Shown here: in pieces, positions 47,521 through 64,000 of the stretch
Layout of the letters: each line of letters begins with the position of its first letter
Position numbering within the stretch: the first letter of the stretch is position 1
Position numbers and translations under genes: made by a program
Origin: the human T2T-CHM13v2.0 reference genome, Homo sapiens
Reading direction: 5' to 3' (one strand)
DNA: 64,000 bases
NCBI RefSeq assembly: GCF_009914755.1
Contig: NC_060936.1
Notes under the pieces: model-generated
Database searches by the model: none
What the model was told of the DNA's origin: nothing
What the model saw: the letters and a program-made list of their open reading frames with translations, nothing else

Positions 47521-49406
47521 ACACAAACATCCATAGAAATGTATGCACACAAATTATAATCTTGTTGAACATGAGTATAGATGTAGGGTAAATAAAGCCA
47601 TTAATGGGATGGAGTGAAGTTACATCAAAATACCTAAGTCTCTTTTTATGTATATTCTCATTTTTCAAATGATATATATATATCTCAATGTAGAATTTGG
47701 TGGAAAATGAGTTTATGTATGTGAGCACAAGCTTGAAGCTGGGGATCAAAGGCAATGCTGAAACCTGTGATGTCCCACAGATGGTGGATTACATAAAGGG
47801 AACATCTTGGAAGGGGATTTATGTATATGTGTATGTGCACACAACACAGATTTGTCTACTCCCCACCAGCTGCCACTGGGAGTAGTACTTTATTAAGGTA
47901 TGAACAAGCTGGGCAGATGTCTGGCACCAGTCTAAAAGCAAGATAAGCCATCACTAGAATATATTTAAAATATGAAGCTGGTAATTTAATTTCTCATAGT
48001 CACTTATTAGCATAACTGGCACAAAGTAATTTTTTTTGCTCCAATTAAAGTAGCAACTCAAAAGTTGGTGAGGAGTACTATATTTCTAAGTATTTTGGGA
48101 ATCAGCAGCTTCATGTTGTATATTATAATGGAAGTCTATATCACTAACTTAAAAATAAGCCTGATTGTGGTATGATCTTGGCAGGCACAAGCAGCTGAAA
48201 TTGTGCAATAAGTTTTAAAATGCATGGCATAAAACTATTTATGATGAATGGGTAATTTTTTTAAAAAAATCTAAATTTTATATAAATTAGTATTCTTCTA
48301 AAAATATTGCCACATTGAGAAACCTAAAATTGAAAAGAGAAGGGACTACCCAAGAGTAGAAAATATTTTGTCAAATTGAAAATCTGAAAAATATGTTTTA
48401 GGCATATTTCATTCCTATATATCCCAGACTGCAAGTAGGTATGCATCTAAATGGTTTTCTATTATTTTATATGAAAAAAAATCAGCAGTCCAATACTAAT
48501 TTGAAATATTACATTTTTATTTTTTGCTGGTTTTATATACATGGTATATAAAAGAGGGCACAAGACAAGGATGCCCTCTCTCACCACTCCTATTCAACAG
48601 AGTATTGGAAGTTCTGGCCAGGGCAATCAGGCAAGAGAAAGAAAGGAAGCCCATCAGACTAACAGCAGATCTCTCAGCAGAAACCCTACAGGCCACAAGA
48701 GAGGGGGGCCAATATTCAACATTCTTAAAGAAAAGAATTTTCAATCCATAATTTCATATCCAGCCAAACTAAGCACCATAAGGAACGGAGAAATAAAATC
48801 CTTTCCAGACAAGCAAATGCTGAGAGATTTTTGTTACAACCAGGTCTGCCCGGCAAGAGCTCCTAAAAGAAGCACTAAATATGGAATGGAAAAACCAGTA
48901 CCAGCCACTGCAAAAACACACCAAAACATAAAGACCAATGACACTATGAAGAAACTGCATCAATTAGTGTGCAAAATAACCAAATAGCATCATGATGACA
49001 GGATCAAACACACACACAACAATACTAACCTTAAATTTAAAGGGGCTAAATGCCCAAATTAGAAAACACAGACAGAAAAATTGGATAAGGAGTTAAGACC
49101 CATCAGTGTGCTGTATTCAAAAGACTCATCTTATGTGCAAAGACACACTTAATCTCAAAATAAAGGGATGGAGAAATATTTACCAAGCAAATGGAAAGTA
49201 AAAAAAAGCAGGGGTTGCAATCCTAGTCTCTGATCAAACAGTCTTAAAACCAACAAAGATCAAAAATCAAAGAAGGGCATTACATAATGGTAAAAGGAAC
49301 AATTCAACAAGAAGAGCTAACTATTCTAAATATATACGTACCCAATACAGGAGCAACCAGTTTCAGAAAACAAGTTCTTAGAGACTTACAAAGATACTTA
49401 GGCTCC

Positions 49407-49762
49407 TTTGGCCTCCCCGAAGTGCTGGGATTACAGACATGAGCCACCACACCTGGCCTGGAAATGTTTTCATTCCCTTAACCACCATGAGCTTCAAAGA
49501 ACTACAATTCCCAGCTGTCTTTGAGGCAAAGCCGTGTTAGCAACTCCCTTACCTCCAAGGACTATGAGGAGTTGCAGCTACCTTGTTCTGTACTCTGGGC
49601 TCTATTATTAAAGAAACCCAAAGGAAATATAACTATCCCCAGTCAATGGGGGTGGAGACTGTGCCAATATGGCAGCAAGCTTTGGAGACTGCTGGGAGTT
49701 GTAGTTTCCTTATGAAAATTCACCTCCAACCACCAGGCGTGGTGGCTCACGCTTGTAATCCC
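49407..49762. other. Non-L1 captured insert: antisense Alu head, unique DNA with inverted ACTACAnnTCCC motifs, sense Alu head
   Basis: Replaces ~30 bp of L1 EN coding sequence (compare intact copy at 51873-51905); no TSD or poly-A. Confidence 0.85.
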
Positions 49763-51145
49763 CAATGTCAGTATTAGGCAGGACAATGGGACAGACAATT
49801 AACAAGGATATTCAGTCCTTGAACTCAGCTCTGGATCAAGTGGACCTAGTAGACGTCTATAGAAATCTGTACCCCAAGTAAACAGAATATACATTCTTCT
49901 CAGTGCCACATGACACTTATTCTAAAATTGGCCACATAACTGAAAATAAAACACTACTCAGCCAATGGAAAATAACTGAAATCAGACTAAACAGTCTCTC
50001 AAACTACAGTGCAATCAAATTAGAACTCAGGATTAAGAAACTAACTCAAAACCACACAATTTCATGGAAATTGAACAACCTGCTCCTGAATGACTCTTGG
50101 GTAAATAATGAAATTAAGGCAGAAATCAAGAAGCTCTTTGAAACCAATGAAAACAAAGAAATGAAGTACCGGAATCTCTGGGACTCAGTTAAAGCAGTGT
50201 TAAGAGTGAAATTTATAACACTAAATGCCACATCAGAAACTAGAAAGATCTCAAATAGACACCCTAACATCACAATTAAAAGAGCTAGATAGGCAAGAGC
50301 AAACTAATCCAAAAGCTAGTGGAAGACAAGAAATAACTAATATCAGAAGAGAATTGAAGGAGATAGAGACACATAAACCCTTCAAAAATCAATAAATCCA
50401 GGAGCTGTTTTTTTGAAAAAATTAAAAAAATAGACCGCTATATAGACTAATAAAGAAGAAGAAGAGAGAAAAATCAAATAGACAAAATAGAAATTGATAA
50501 AGGGGATATCACCACTGACCCCACAGAAATACAAACTACCATCAGAGAATACTGTAAACACTCTACAAAAATAACTAGAAAATCTACAACAAATGGATAA
50601 ATTCCTGGACACATACACCTACCAAGACTAAACCAGGAAGAAGTTTAATCACTGAATAGACAAATAACAAGTTCTGAAATTGAGGCAGTAATTAATAGCC
50701 TCACAACCAAAAAAAGCCCAGGACCAGAGAGATTCACAACTGAATTCTACCAGAAATAAAAAGAAGAGCTGGAACTATTCCTTCTGAAACTATTACAAAC
50801 ATTTGAAATGGAGAGACTCCATCCTAACTTATTTTATGAAGTCAGCATCATCCTGATACCAAAAACAGGAGAAGACACACCAAAAAAAGAAAACTTCATG
50901 CCAATATTCCTGATGAACATCAATATGAAAATCTTCAATATAATACTGACAAACCAAATCTAGCAGCACATCAAAAACGTATCCACCATGATCAAGTTGG
51001 CTTCATACCTGGGATGCAAAGCTGGTTCAACATACGCAAATCAGTAAATGTAATCCATCACATAAACAGAACCAAAGGCAAAAACCACCTGATTATCTCA
51101 ATAGATGCAGGCAAGGCCTTTGATAAAATTCAACACCCCTTCATG

Positions 51146-55512
<4,367 letters not shown>

Positions 55513-58500
55513 AAAATCCCTTCATGTTAAAAACTCTCAATGAACTGGTATTGATGGAACATATCTCAAAATAATATATGCTCTTTATGACAAACCCACA
55601 GCCAATATCATATTGAATGGGCAAAAGTTGGAGCATTCCCTCTGAAAATCAGTACAGGAAAAGGATGCCCTCTCTCACCACTTCTATTCAACATAGTATT
55701 GGAAGTTCTGGCCAGGGCAATCAGGCAAGAGAAAGACATAAAGGGTATTCAAATAAGAAGAGAGGAAGTCAAATTGTCTCTGTTTATAGATGACATGATT
55801 TTATATTTACAAAAGCCCATCATCTTAGGCCAAAAACTCTTTGAACTGATAAGCAACTTCAGCAAAGTCTCAGGATACAAAATCAATGTGCAAACATCAC
55901 AAGCATTTCTTTACACCAACAATAAGCAAGGAGCGAGCCAAATCATGAACGAACTCCCATTCACAATCACTAAAAAGATAATAAAATACCTAGGAATACA
56001 GCTAAAAAGGGATGTGAAGGACCTCTTCAAGGAGAACTACAAACCAGTGCTGAAGGAAATGAGAGGACACAAACAAATGGAAAAACAGTCCATGCTCATG
56101 GATAAGAAGAATCAATATCATGAATATGGCCATACTGCCCAAAGAAATTTATAGATTCAATTCTATTCCCACCAAACTACCATTGACATTTTTCACAGAA
56201 TTAGAAAAAACTACTTTAAATTTCATATGGAACCAAAGAAGAGCCCATATAGCCAAGACAATCGTAAGCAAAAAGAACAAAGCTGGAGGCATCACGCTTC
56301 CTGACTTCAAACTATAGTACAAGGCTACAGTAACCAAAACAGCATGGTGCTGGCACCAAAACACATATATAGACCCATGGAACAGAACAGAGGCCTCAGA
56401 AATAACACCACACATCTACAACCATCTGATCTTTGACAAACCTGACAAAAACAAGCAATGGGGAAAGAATTCCCTATTTAATAAATCGTGTTGGGAAAAC
56501 TGGCTAGCCATATGCAGAAAACTGAAACTGGATCCTTTCCTTACACATTATACAAAATTTAACTGAAGATGGATTAAAGACTTAAACATAAGACCTAAAA
56601 CCATAAAAACCCTAGAAGAAAACCTAGGCAATACCGTTCAGGACATAGGCATGGGCAAAGACTTCAAGATAAAAATGCCAAAAGCAATGGCAACAAAAGC
56701 CTAAATTAACAAATTTGATCTAATTAAATCAATTAAATCTAATTAAACTGAAGAACTTCTTCACAGCAAAAGAAATTATTGTCATAGTGAACAAGCAAAC
56801 TACTGAATGGGAGAAAATTTTTGCAATCTGTCCATCTGACAAAGGTCTAATATTCAAAATTTACAAGGAACTTAAAGATATTTACCGGAACAAAACAACC
56901 CCATCAAAAAGTGGGCAAAGGATATGAACAGACACTTCTCAAAATAAGACATTTACTTGGCCAAAAAACATGAAAAAAAGCTCAACATCACTGATCATCA
57001 GAGAAACGCAAATCAAAACCAACATGAGATACCATCTTACACCAGTCAGAGTGGCGATTATTAAAAAATCAGGAAACAATAGATGCTGGCAAGACTGTGG
57101 AGAAATAGGAAAGTTTTTACATTATTGGTGGGAATGTAAATTAGTTTAACCATTGTGGAAGACAGTACGGCAATTCCTCAAGGATCTGGAACCAGAAATA
57201 CCATTTGACCCAGTAATCTTATTAGTGGGCACGTACCTAAAGGAATATAAATGATTCTACTATAAAGACACATGCACATATGTGTTTGTTGCAGCACTAT
57301 TTACCATAGCAAAGACATAAAACCAACCCAAATGCCCATCAATGATAGATTAGATAAAGAAAATGTGGTACATACACGTCATGGAATACTATGCAGCCAT
57401 AAAAAGAAATGAGATAATGTCATTTGCAGGGACATGGATAAAGCTGGAAGCCATTATCCTTAGCAAACTAACAGAGGAACAGAAAACCGAACACCATGTG
57501 TTCTCACTCATAAATGGGAGTTGAACATTGAGAACACATGGACACAGGGGAACAACACACATCAGGGCCTGTTGGGGGGTGGGGAGTAATGGGATGGAAC
57601 TTAGAGGATAGGTTGGTAGCTGCAGGAAACCACCATGGCACACGTACACCTAGGTAACAAACCTGCACATTCTGCACATGTATCCCATTTTTTTGTCTTT
57701 TAGAAGAAATGAAGAAAAAAACTTCCACTTTATGTTTAATTATTGAATAGTAATAAAATAAATCTGGTTACTAACGAAGGCATGACATTTTAGACATATT
57801 TTTCTGAGTCAGGAATGGCAATATTAGAATTGGCTCAATCTAGTTGAAGAAAGATAAATAAATATGTTAATAATAAATGCGATACTAACTTTTTATTATA
57901 GAGCCTATAAATTTCTTCCATTACAGAATCTGAAAGGACTAGTTATATATTTAAATAGATCTTTTAGATTTTCTGAGAACTTGAGTGTTTAAAATTATCT
58001 TAATTTTTATTATCTTAGCAATAAGCACAGATAAATAAAATGTACAATAAATAAGTTAGGTAGGTATTAGATCCTGATTAAATATCAAGGAAATTTGGTA
58101 AGCTAATACACACTGTATATTCTTTGTACTCCATGTGCACTCGTTTGTATGTGTGTGTGCACTGCTTATGTGTTTTACTCATAGTGCAATGTACTTGTTC
58201 TTAGAAAAGTGTGCTCTTTGGTCACCTGGTGCCTCAGAAAAAGAATTCTGAGATGGGTATAAGTCTACAGGCTATGGTAGTAACATTAAGTTGCTTATCC
58301 TATACGAGCTTTTTTTAAAGCTATATTTTACAACTTTTTTGTTAAATTCTATATATAACAGGCAAATGGAAGACTTACAAGATATATAGTTATTATTATA
58401 TAGTTATTGTTATAATAAATACTTAAATCTTGCAAAAGAGTAAAACAGAATTCTCTGAGCCCACTTTCTATTAATGTATCAGAAAACGGTACGTGCTGTG

Positions 58501-58939
58501 GCCTATGTTTTCATGCAGACCTTCTGGGAATGTACATCTAGATAAACTTATATTTTATTCTAAGCTTTCATCATCTCAATCAAAAATAAAATTCTAGATG
58601 TTCTGTGGGAAGCATGAGTAAATGTAGCAATGTATACAATCTATCTCCAAAATGCAATTCCCACTGGCGACCCCACAAAAAGTGTTTATAGACTGAACTG
58701 TCATAACTTGGAACACATAAATAATACTATTCACGGTGGTTTGCTTTCGGGCTAGTCTTCAAATCCACTTAACCAAAAATGTAATTTAAAAATTGATTCT
58801 AATCTCCATATGTAACTACTTTTTATGGGAAAATGTATCAATATGTCTTTCTCATAGAAGCACTAATGTCAAACTAGTTATTGTTTTACATTTTTAGTCT
58901 TTTAACTTTTGAAAAGAGGTTGCAAACACTCTACTTGGT

Positions 58940-59335
58940 GTGGTAGATTAGATTCTTTTTCAGCAAATACTCACTACTTAACCTGTCCCTATCCATGGGA
59001 AGAGTATACTTCCTTATTCCATTGATGTTAGGTTTTGGTCTCTGCTTAGGAGGAGTGCTCTTCAGGACTTGCCCCTATGACTTGCTTTGGTAAGTGCATG
59101 GGATCCATGCAGAGTCTTTAAAGGTGCTTGCCATCCTCGATGTTTGCCATTGTCTTGGGAGACCACATCCACACCTTGAGCAGACCCTACCTTTCTATCC
59201 TCGGCCCCGCAATGAAATATATGGAGCAAAGGCACCCAGGAATCCATAGATGTGGTAGTAAGAAATACATTATTCATGTAACTTGTCACTGGTCTTTTGT
59301 GGCTGTTTGTTATGAAGAATTACTGAAACACATAC
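58940..59335 (+). mobile_element. MLT1I/J-like MaLR LTR
   Basis: 'tgtggtagatt..agagtatacttcc..ccattgatg..tgacttgctttgg..ggctgtttgttatg'. Confidence 0.65.
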
Positions 59336-61233
59336 AACCACCTACAGACCTATGCAGGATGCTTCAAAGTGAATAAGAGTTTGAAAAAAAAAATACAACA
59401 AGATCTATGTGAAAGTTAAGGGCATAAAATTTTGCACGTAAAGGGAATGACACTCAAAATTTTATCACTTAAATTGGTCCCAATTCCTTATAAAAGAAAA
59501 AAGTAGTGAATTAAAAACCGAGGCAACAATGCATTTTTGGAAAATGCCTCTTTCTTCCCCATTTCCTTGCTATAATTGGTTCTAACACAAATGACCAAGG
59601 GTAAGATGTATAATGAAAGAAAATGAATGATGGTAATTTTAAAACATTAACCGGTGAGAATAAAATTAATGAAGGAAATAATGGTATATTTGTATAATAA
59701 AGAAACGGGGGCTCTGTAAACAAAATAAAAAGATGGAAAGTCTATTTAGTAGTCAAGAATAAAAGAAAAAAATGGTGACATGAAGTTTAGATAGAAATCA
59801 AAGGCAAAAACAATTAAGGAAATATAAAATTATGAAGTCACATGCAATAATAGTGCTGGGAAAGCCAGAAAAATATTACAACTCAAAGTTTTATGCCAAA
59901 TGACTCTGAAGAAGAGAGCCCCCTATAAGTAAGCTTAAGAAGTGTTCACCATCGTCAGAGGTGAACATCCTTGCTCACCACTGGAAAGTTTTTTATAACG
60001 AGGATAGAGAGAAAATGTATATTGGGGGTATCCCTGATAGCATATAAGGAATATCCAGAAAAACAAGGTGTCTAAGTCTTGGGGTCCTTATTTATGTCAT
60101 ACTACTTTTCTAAGAATGACTTTGCTACAAACCACACTCTGACTACTGAGAAAGAATTGGCATTTGATTTCCATGAGCAAGTCAACTATTTCATTGGTTG
60201 CTAGGGAGGAAACACCAATTAGTAATAAGCACCAACATTTAGTGCATTTAAAGGCATACTGATGAACTAAGCACGTTCATTTTTAAGGCTTGATGCTGAT
60301 AGTTACTCAGATGCTACAGAATAGAAAGCCAAACAAGTATAAAACAAAACATCCCTAAGAGATTTGTGGGGAAATGTGATTTTCTATAGTTTTATTAATT
60401 TTGACATGATGCATCACAAATTTCCCCAGGTAACTTGTCTAAATCTTTGTTTTTGCCAGGAAAAAAAAATGCACAGATTTTTATTCACAGACAAAATCTT
60501 CTGAAGAGAAATCACACTAAAAAAAAATTCCATTTGATTGTTGCTTTTTTAAATCACAAACTATAATCTGCTTCAAGATTCAGGTATTCTTTGAAATAAA
60601 AATTCACACTTCAGGCATTCCCTAGCTCTTCCACAAATTTATGTATTTTAGACTAGAATTGACAAAGTGAGGAACACATTCAATTTGCATAGATGAATGT
60701 ACAAAAATTTGGAACATGTTATAATCTTCTAAATGAAGTAAAAATTAATTGTGAATAATTGTAAATAAATGCCCATGTTTTAACTTTTCTGAAAAACACA
60801 TAAGTAGTAGAAACAACTATTAATCTAGATATGAAATTATCTTTTCAATTATTATGATGACAATGGTTAGAGATAAATGCAGTGATTTGTAGTTATGGTA
60901 CTTAGTTGGTCAGATATCATTGTACTTCCCTGAATGATTTTCTCATCTGTATGTCAAAAAGCCAGCAATTGTAGCATTTATAATCTACTAATTAAGGATT
61001 TCCTCAGAAGTTACTATTGTTGCTGTTGCTGATTTTTTTCTGTTAAATGTTTATTTTAAAAATCCTGTCTTTTGACCCATAGGTTTAAAAAATGTAATGT
61101 AATAAAAGTTAACATTTCCTTTTCATTTTACAATTTGTCTTTATTAAGAAATTCATTTCTATCTCGGGTTTATAAATACATTTAAAATTTTTGTTGTTTT
61201 GTTTTGTTTTTCACATGTAAATCTTCCACTGAA

Positions 61234-61540
61234 TTTTTTTTTTTTTTTTTTTTTTTTTGAGACAGGGTCACACTCTGTCACCCAGTCTGGAATGCAGTGG
61301 TACAATCTTGGCTCACTGCAGCCTCAACTTCCTGGGTTCAAGTGATCCTTCCCACTTCACCTTCTGAGTAGCTGGGAACACAGGCACACCACCATGCCTG
61401 GTTAATTTTTTGATTTTCTTGTAGAGACAGAGATTTTGCCATGCTGCCCAGATTGGTCTTGAACTCCTGGGCTCAAGTGATCTGCCTGCCTCAGCCTCCC
61501 AAAGTGCTGGGATTACAGGTATAGACCTCCTCACTTGGTC
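61234..61540 (-). mobile_element. AluJ
   Basis: Poly-T plus 'gacagggtc..cagcctcaacttcctggg..gggctcaagtgatc' (AluJ diagnostics). Confidence 0.92.
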
Positions 61541-61859
61541 TTGTTTCTTAAATATTAAAAATTTTAACCAGCTAAAAGATTTGAATCATATTTAGAACAT
61601 GTAGTAAAATAGTTCTACTTTCTAAATGTTTTGGTTACTTCACAGTCTATTCTTTAATGTACTTATTAGATGATAGACTTTCTTCTTATGTGGTTTGTCT
61701 ATTTTTCCACTGTATTTTTGATTGGTTATTTCCCTTATATAGGAAAATTCAGCTACATGTACACATTCACTCATGTATATTTTCAGGATCAAGATACTCT
61801 ATCAATGATCTTAAAACCTATTTGGAAGGTATTTGCTTTCTACTAATTCTTTGGGTTGC

Positions 61860-62040
61860 ACTATCACTTTTAATCTTCAGTGCAAACTTGCAAAATAGAT
61901 ATTATTTCCCTCTGTTCTTCAGGTGAAGAAACTGATGCCCATTAGAGGTAAATACCTTTCAAAAGATCCTATTCTGTAAATGATGCTGCTCAGGCTAAAC
62001 CCAGGCTTACCTGTTTTCAAAGGTTGTTTTTTTTCCTTCT
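61860..62040 (+). mobile_element. MIR SINE relic
   Basis: Core 'caggtgaagaaactgatg..agaggtaaatacc..aaacccagg'. Confidence 0.6.
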
Positions 62041-62479
62041 ATGACTATTACTATTTCTATTACTTACTACTGATTCTAGGTGTGTTTTTACTTGTACTTT
62101 AAAACCCAATGCCATAAGCATGTGAAATTAATTTTGTATCTTGTATTTTATTAAACATTTTTTCATGTCATATTACATTATTAGAACTTTCAAAACTATA
62201 TCAACCATTGTACAAGCAAACTTCTTTATATTTTATAGACATGGATGGATTATGCTACACCAGTGCTTAACACTCACTAAATATTTTTTCTTTTTTATAA
62301 TAAAATATAAATGCCTTACTTTTTAGGACCTACATAAAGAAACTGCATTTCACTGATCCAATGGACTATTATTATGTAATTGAAATGAAAAAACTATTGA
62401 TTCATATAACACATCTGCATTTCATATGTGCAATTCTCAATGAAAGAAGTCACATATGGCTTGTATATTTCTTTTTCTC

Positions 62480-62760
62480 TGGCATCTCTCTCATCCTTTC
62501 CCTTTGTCCACTCTGCTGAACACCTACTGTCCTCTTTTAACATGCCTTACACAAGATGCTTTTTCACGAAGCTGGGCCTATAGATGGGCAGTATCTGCAG
62601 CCTCAAAATCCTAGCCACTGTTCTTGCATGCAGTTTCTTCTTTTTTCCAAACTTAGTTTAAATATTACATCCTTAGAAAAGTGCTTTATGACCACATCAG
62701 TCCAATCTATTCCATCATATTACTCTCCATTACAATCTATCTACATCCTGCTAATTCCTT
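62480..62760 (+). mobile_element. L2 3' relic
   Basis: 'cttagtttaaatattacatccttagaaaag..ttatgaccac' resembles the L2 3' region. Confidence 0.5.
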
Positions 62761-63094
62761 CTGCCATTCTTCATTAATGAAAACTAAACATAAAGCTATA
62801 AAAATATTCTATGTTACACAAATTCTAAAAAAGTATTTTATATTAAGATTATTTTTCTAAGATAACAGATAATTTCTATCTTCTTTTGAATACAGTTTTC
62901 TGTCAGGCCACAGAATCACTTGAAAAATACCAGGTTAGGCAATTAAGCAATATCTAGAGGGATTTCAGAAATAAGTAAAATAGTTTCATTAAGCACTGTG
63001 ACAGATAGAACGCCATGGACACTTTATACTGAATAACTTGAATGTAGGCATCTGGCAAATGACTTTCATAGGTATGGTAAAGAAAGCCATATAA

Positions 63095-63270
63095 AGTGAT
63101 TCTCAGATATTAGCATGCATCAGAATAAAAATCTAAAATCTTAGTTTAAGCTCAAATGACAGAGTTTCTAATTACGTGGGTCTGGTTTAAGAGCTGAAAT
63201 TTTGCTTTTGTAACAAGTGCCCAGGTATATTGGTTTTGCTAGTCTGTGGACCACACATTGAAAATCACTA
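63095..63270. mobile_element. MER5A (hAT-Charlie MITE)
   Basis: TIR-like ends agtgattctca...ttgaaaatcact; 'atgcatcagaat', 'taacaagtgcccagg', 'ggaccacac'. Confidence 0.8.
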
Positions 63271-63276
63271 TAATAT

Positions 63277-64000
63277 TGATAGTGGCAGAAGGCAGACAAA
63301 TTTCTAGGCAGAAAGGGGTGGGTCCCCTTTTTGGCCTTTTTGCTTGAACCTGACCTTCAGGCCAAAAATGACCTGAAAACCAAGCTGCTGGTACGGGATA
63401 AAGACCCCAACCAGAGTCACAACTTCCTGGATGCCTTTTATCCAATGTAATGGTTCTTTTCCCAGGCTCACGGATGGACCAATCAGCACACACTCCCTCA
63501 TTCTGAGTCCATAAATCCCGCCCCCTTCACCCCCTGACTTAGCCACACTTTGGAACTACCTGCCTTCAGTGGGGACTACCAACTTCAGGTCCCCTCTCTA
63601 CTGAGAGCTGTTCTGTTGCTCAGTAAAACTCTTCTCTGCCTTGCTCACTCTTTGATTGTACACGTAACCTCATTCTTCTTGGATGTGGGACAACAACCTG
63701 GGAGGCCCATCAAACAGCTGGTGCCAAAGGAGCTGCTGTAACACTGTAGCCCTCCTGTCCCAGTTCTCCTGCCCCAAGCAATGAGAAGCTGCAGGTGGGG
63801 CACGGCCAGCCCAGGAGCAATGGACCAGAATGGGCAATGGGAACAAAACAGCTGGGATATGCCCCCACTTGCCAAAGCGTGTGGACAGGAGAAACAAATG
63901 ATCTGTAACACAAACGAGCTGTAATGCTTCCTGGGGGCCCAGACCTCAGGGCTGTTGGAGCCAGAGTTGTAACATGCTGTAACACCTCCTTTGGGGCACC
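63277..64000 (+). mobile_element. LTR27-family ERV1 LTR (runs to window edge)
   Basis: 5' 'tgatagtggcagaaggcagacaaatttctaggcag'; CCAAT boxes, 'ctgagagctgttctgttgctcagtaaaactc', repeated 'gctgtaaca' 3' motifs. Confidence 0.75.

Noticed and set aside
59943-59967. 8-bp stem-loop (also one at 15950-15970) as a structured RNA
   Set aside because: Stems this short are expected by chance in 64 kb; no ncRNA hallmarks.

Overview
Human (hominid) AT-rich, repeat-dense intergenic or deep-intronic DNA. Human origin is indicated by an AluYa5 and by primate L1PA, Alu and MER elements. I found no intact cellular protein-coding gene, RNA gene or CRISPR array: the longer ORFs in the track come from L1, Alu, a MULE transposase or a minisatellite. 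Main structures: (1) a four-level nest at 31-46 kb (L1PB > L1MA > AluS > full-length L1PA3 with the ZNF93-escape 5'UTR deletion); (2) a plus-strand L1PA8A-like element at 48.6-57.7 kb containing a nested L1PA4-like copy; (3) a Ricksha MULE transposon carrying an MLT2/ERV-L LTR; (4) a 7x39-bp minisatellite; (5) many LTR, DNA-transposon and Alu relics. The most unusual observations are six apparently private substitutions shared at mirror-image positions between the two inverted young L1s (patchy gene conversion or recurrent inversion), and a ~356-bp TSD-less quasi-palindromic insert (Alu head, inverted ZNF143-type motif pair, Alu head) inside an L1 endonuclease domain. Subfamily names come from recalled consensus sequences and need RepeatMasker/Dfam confirmation.
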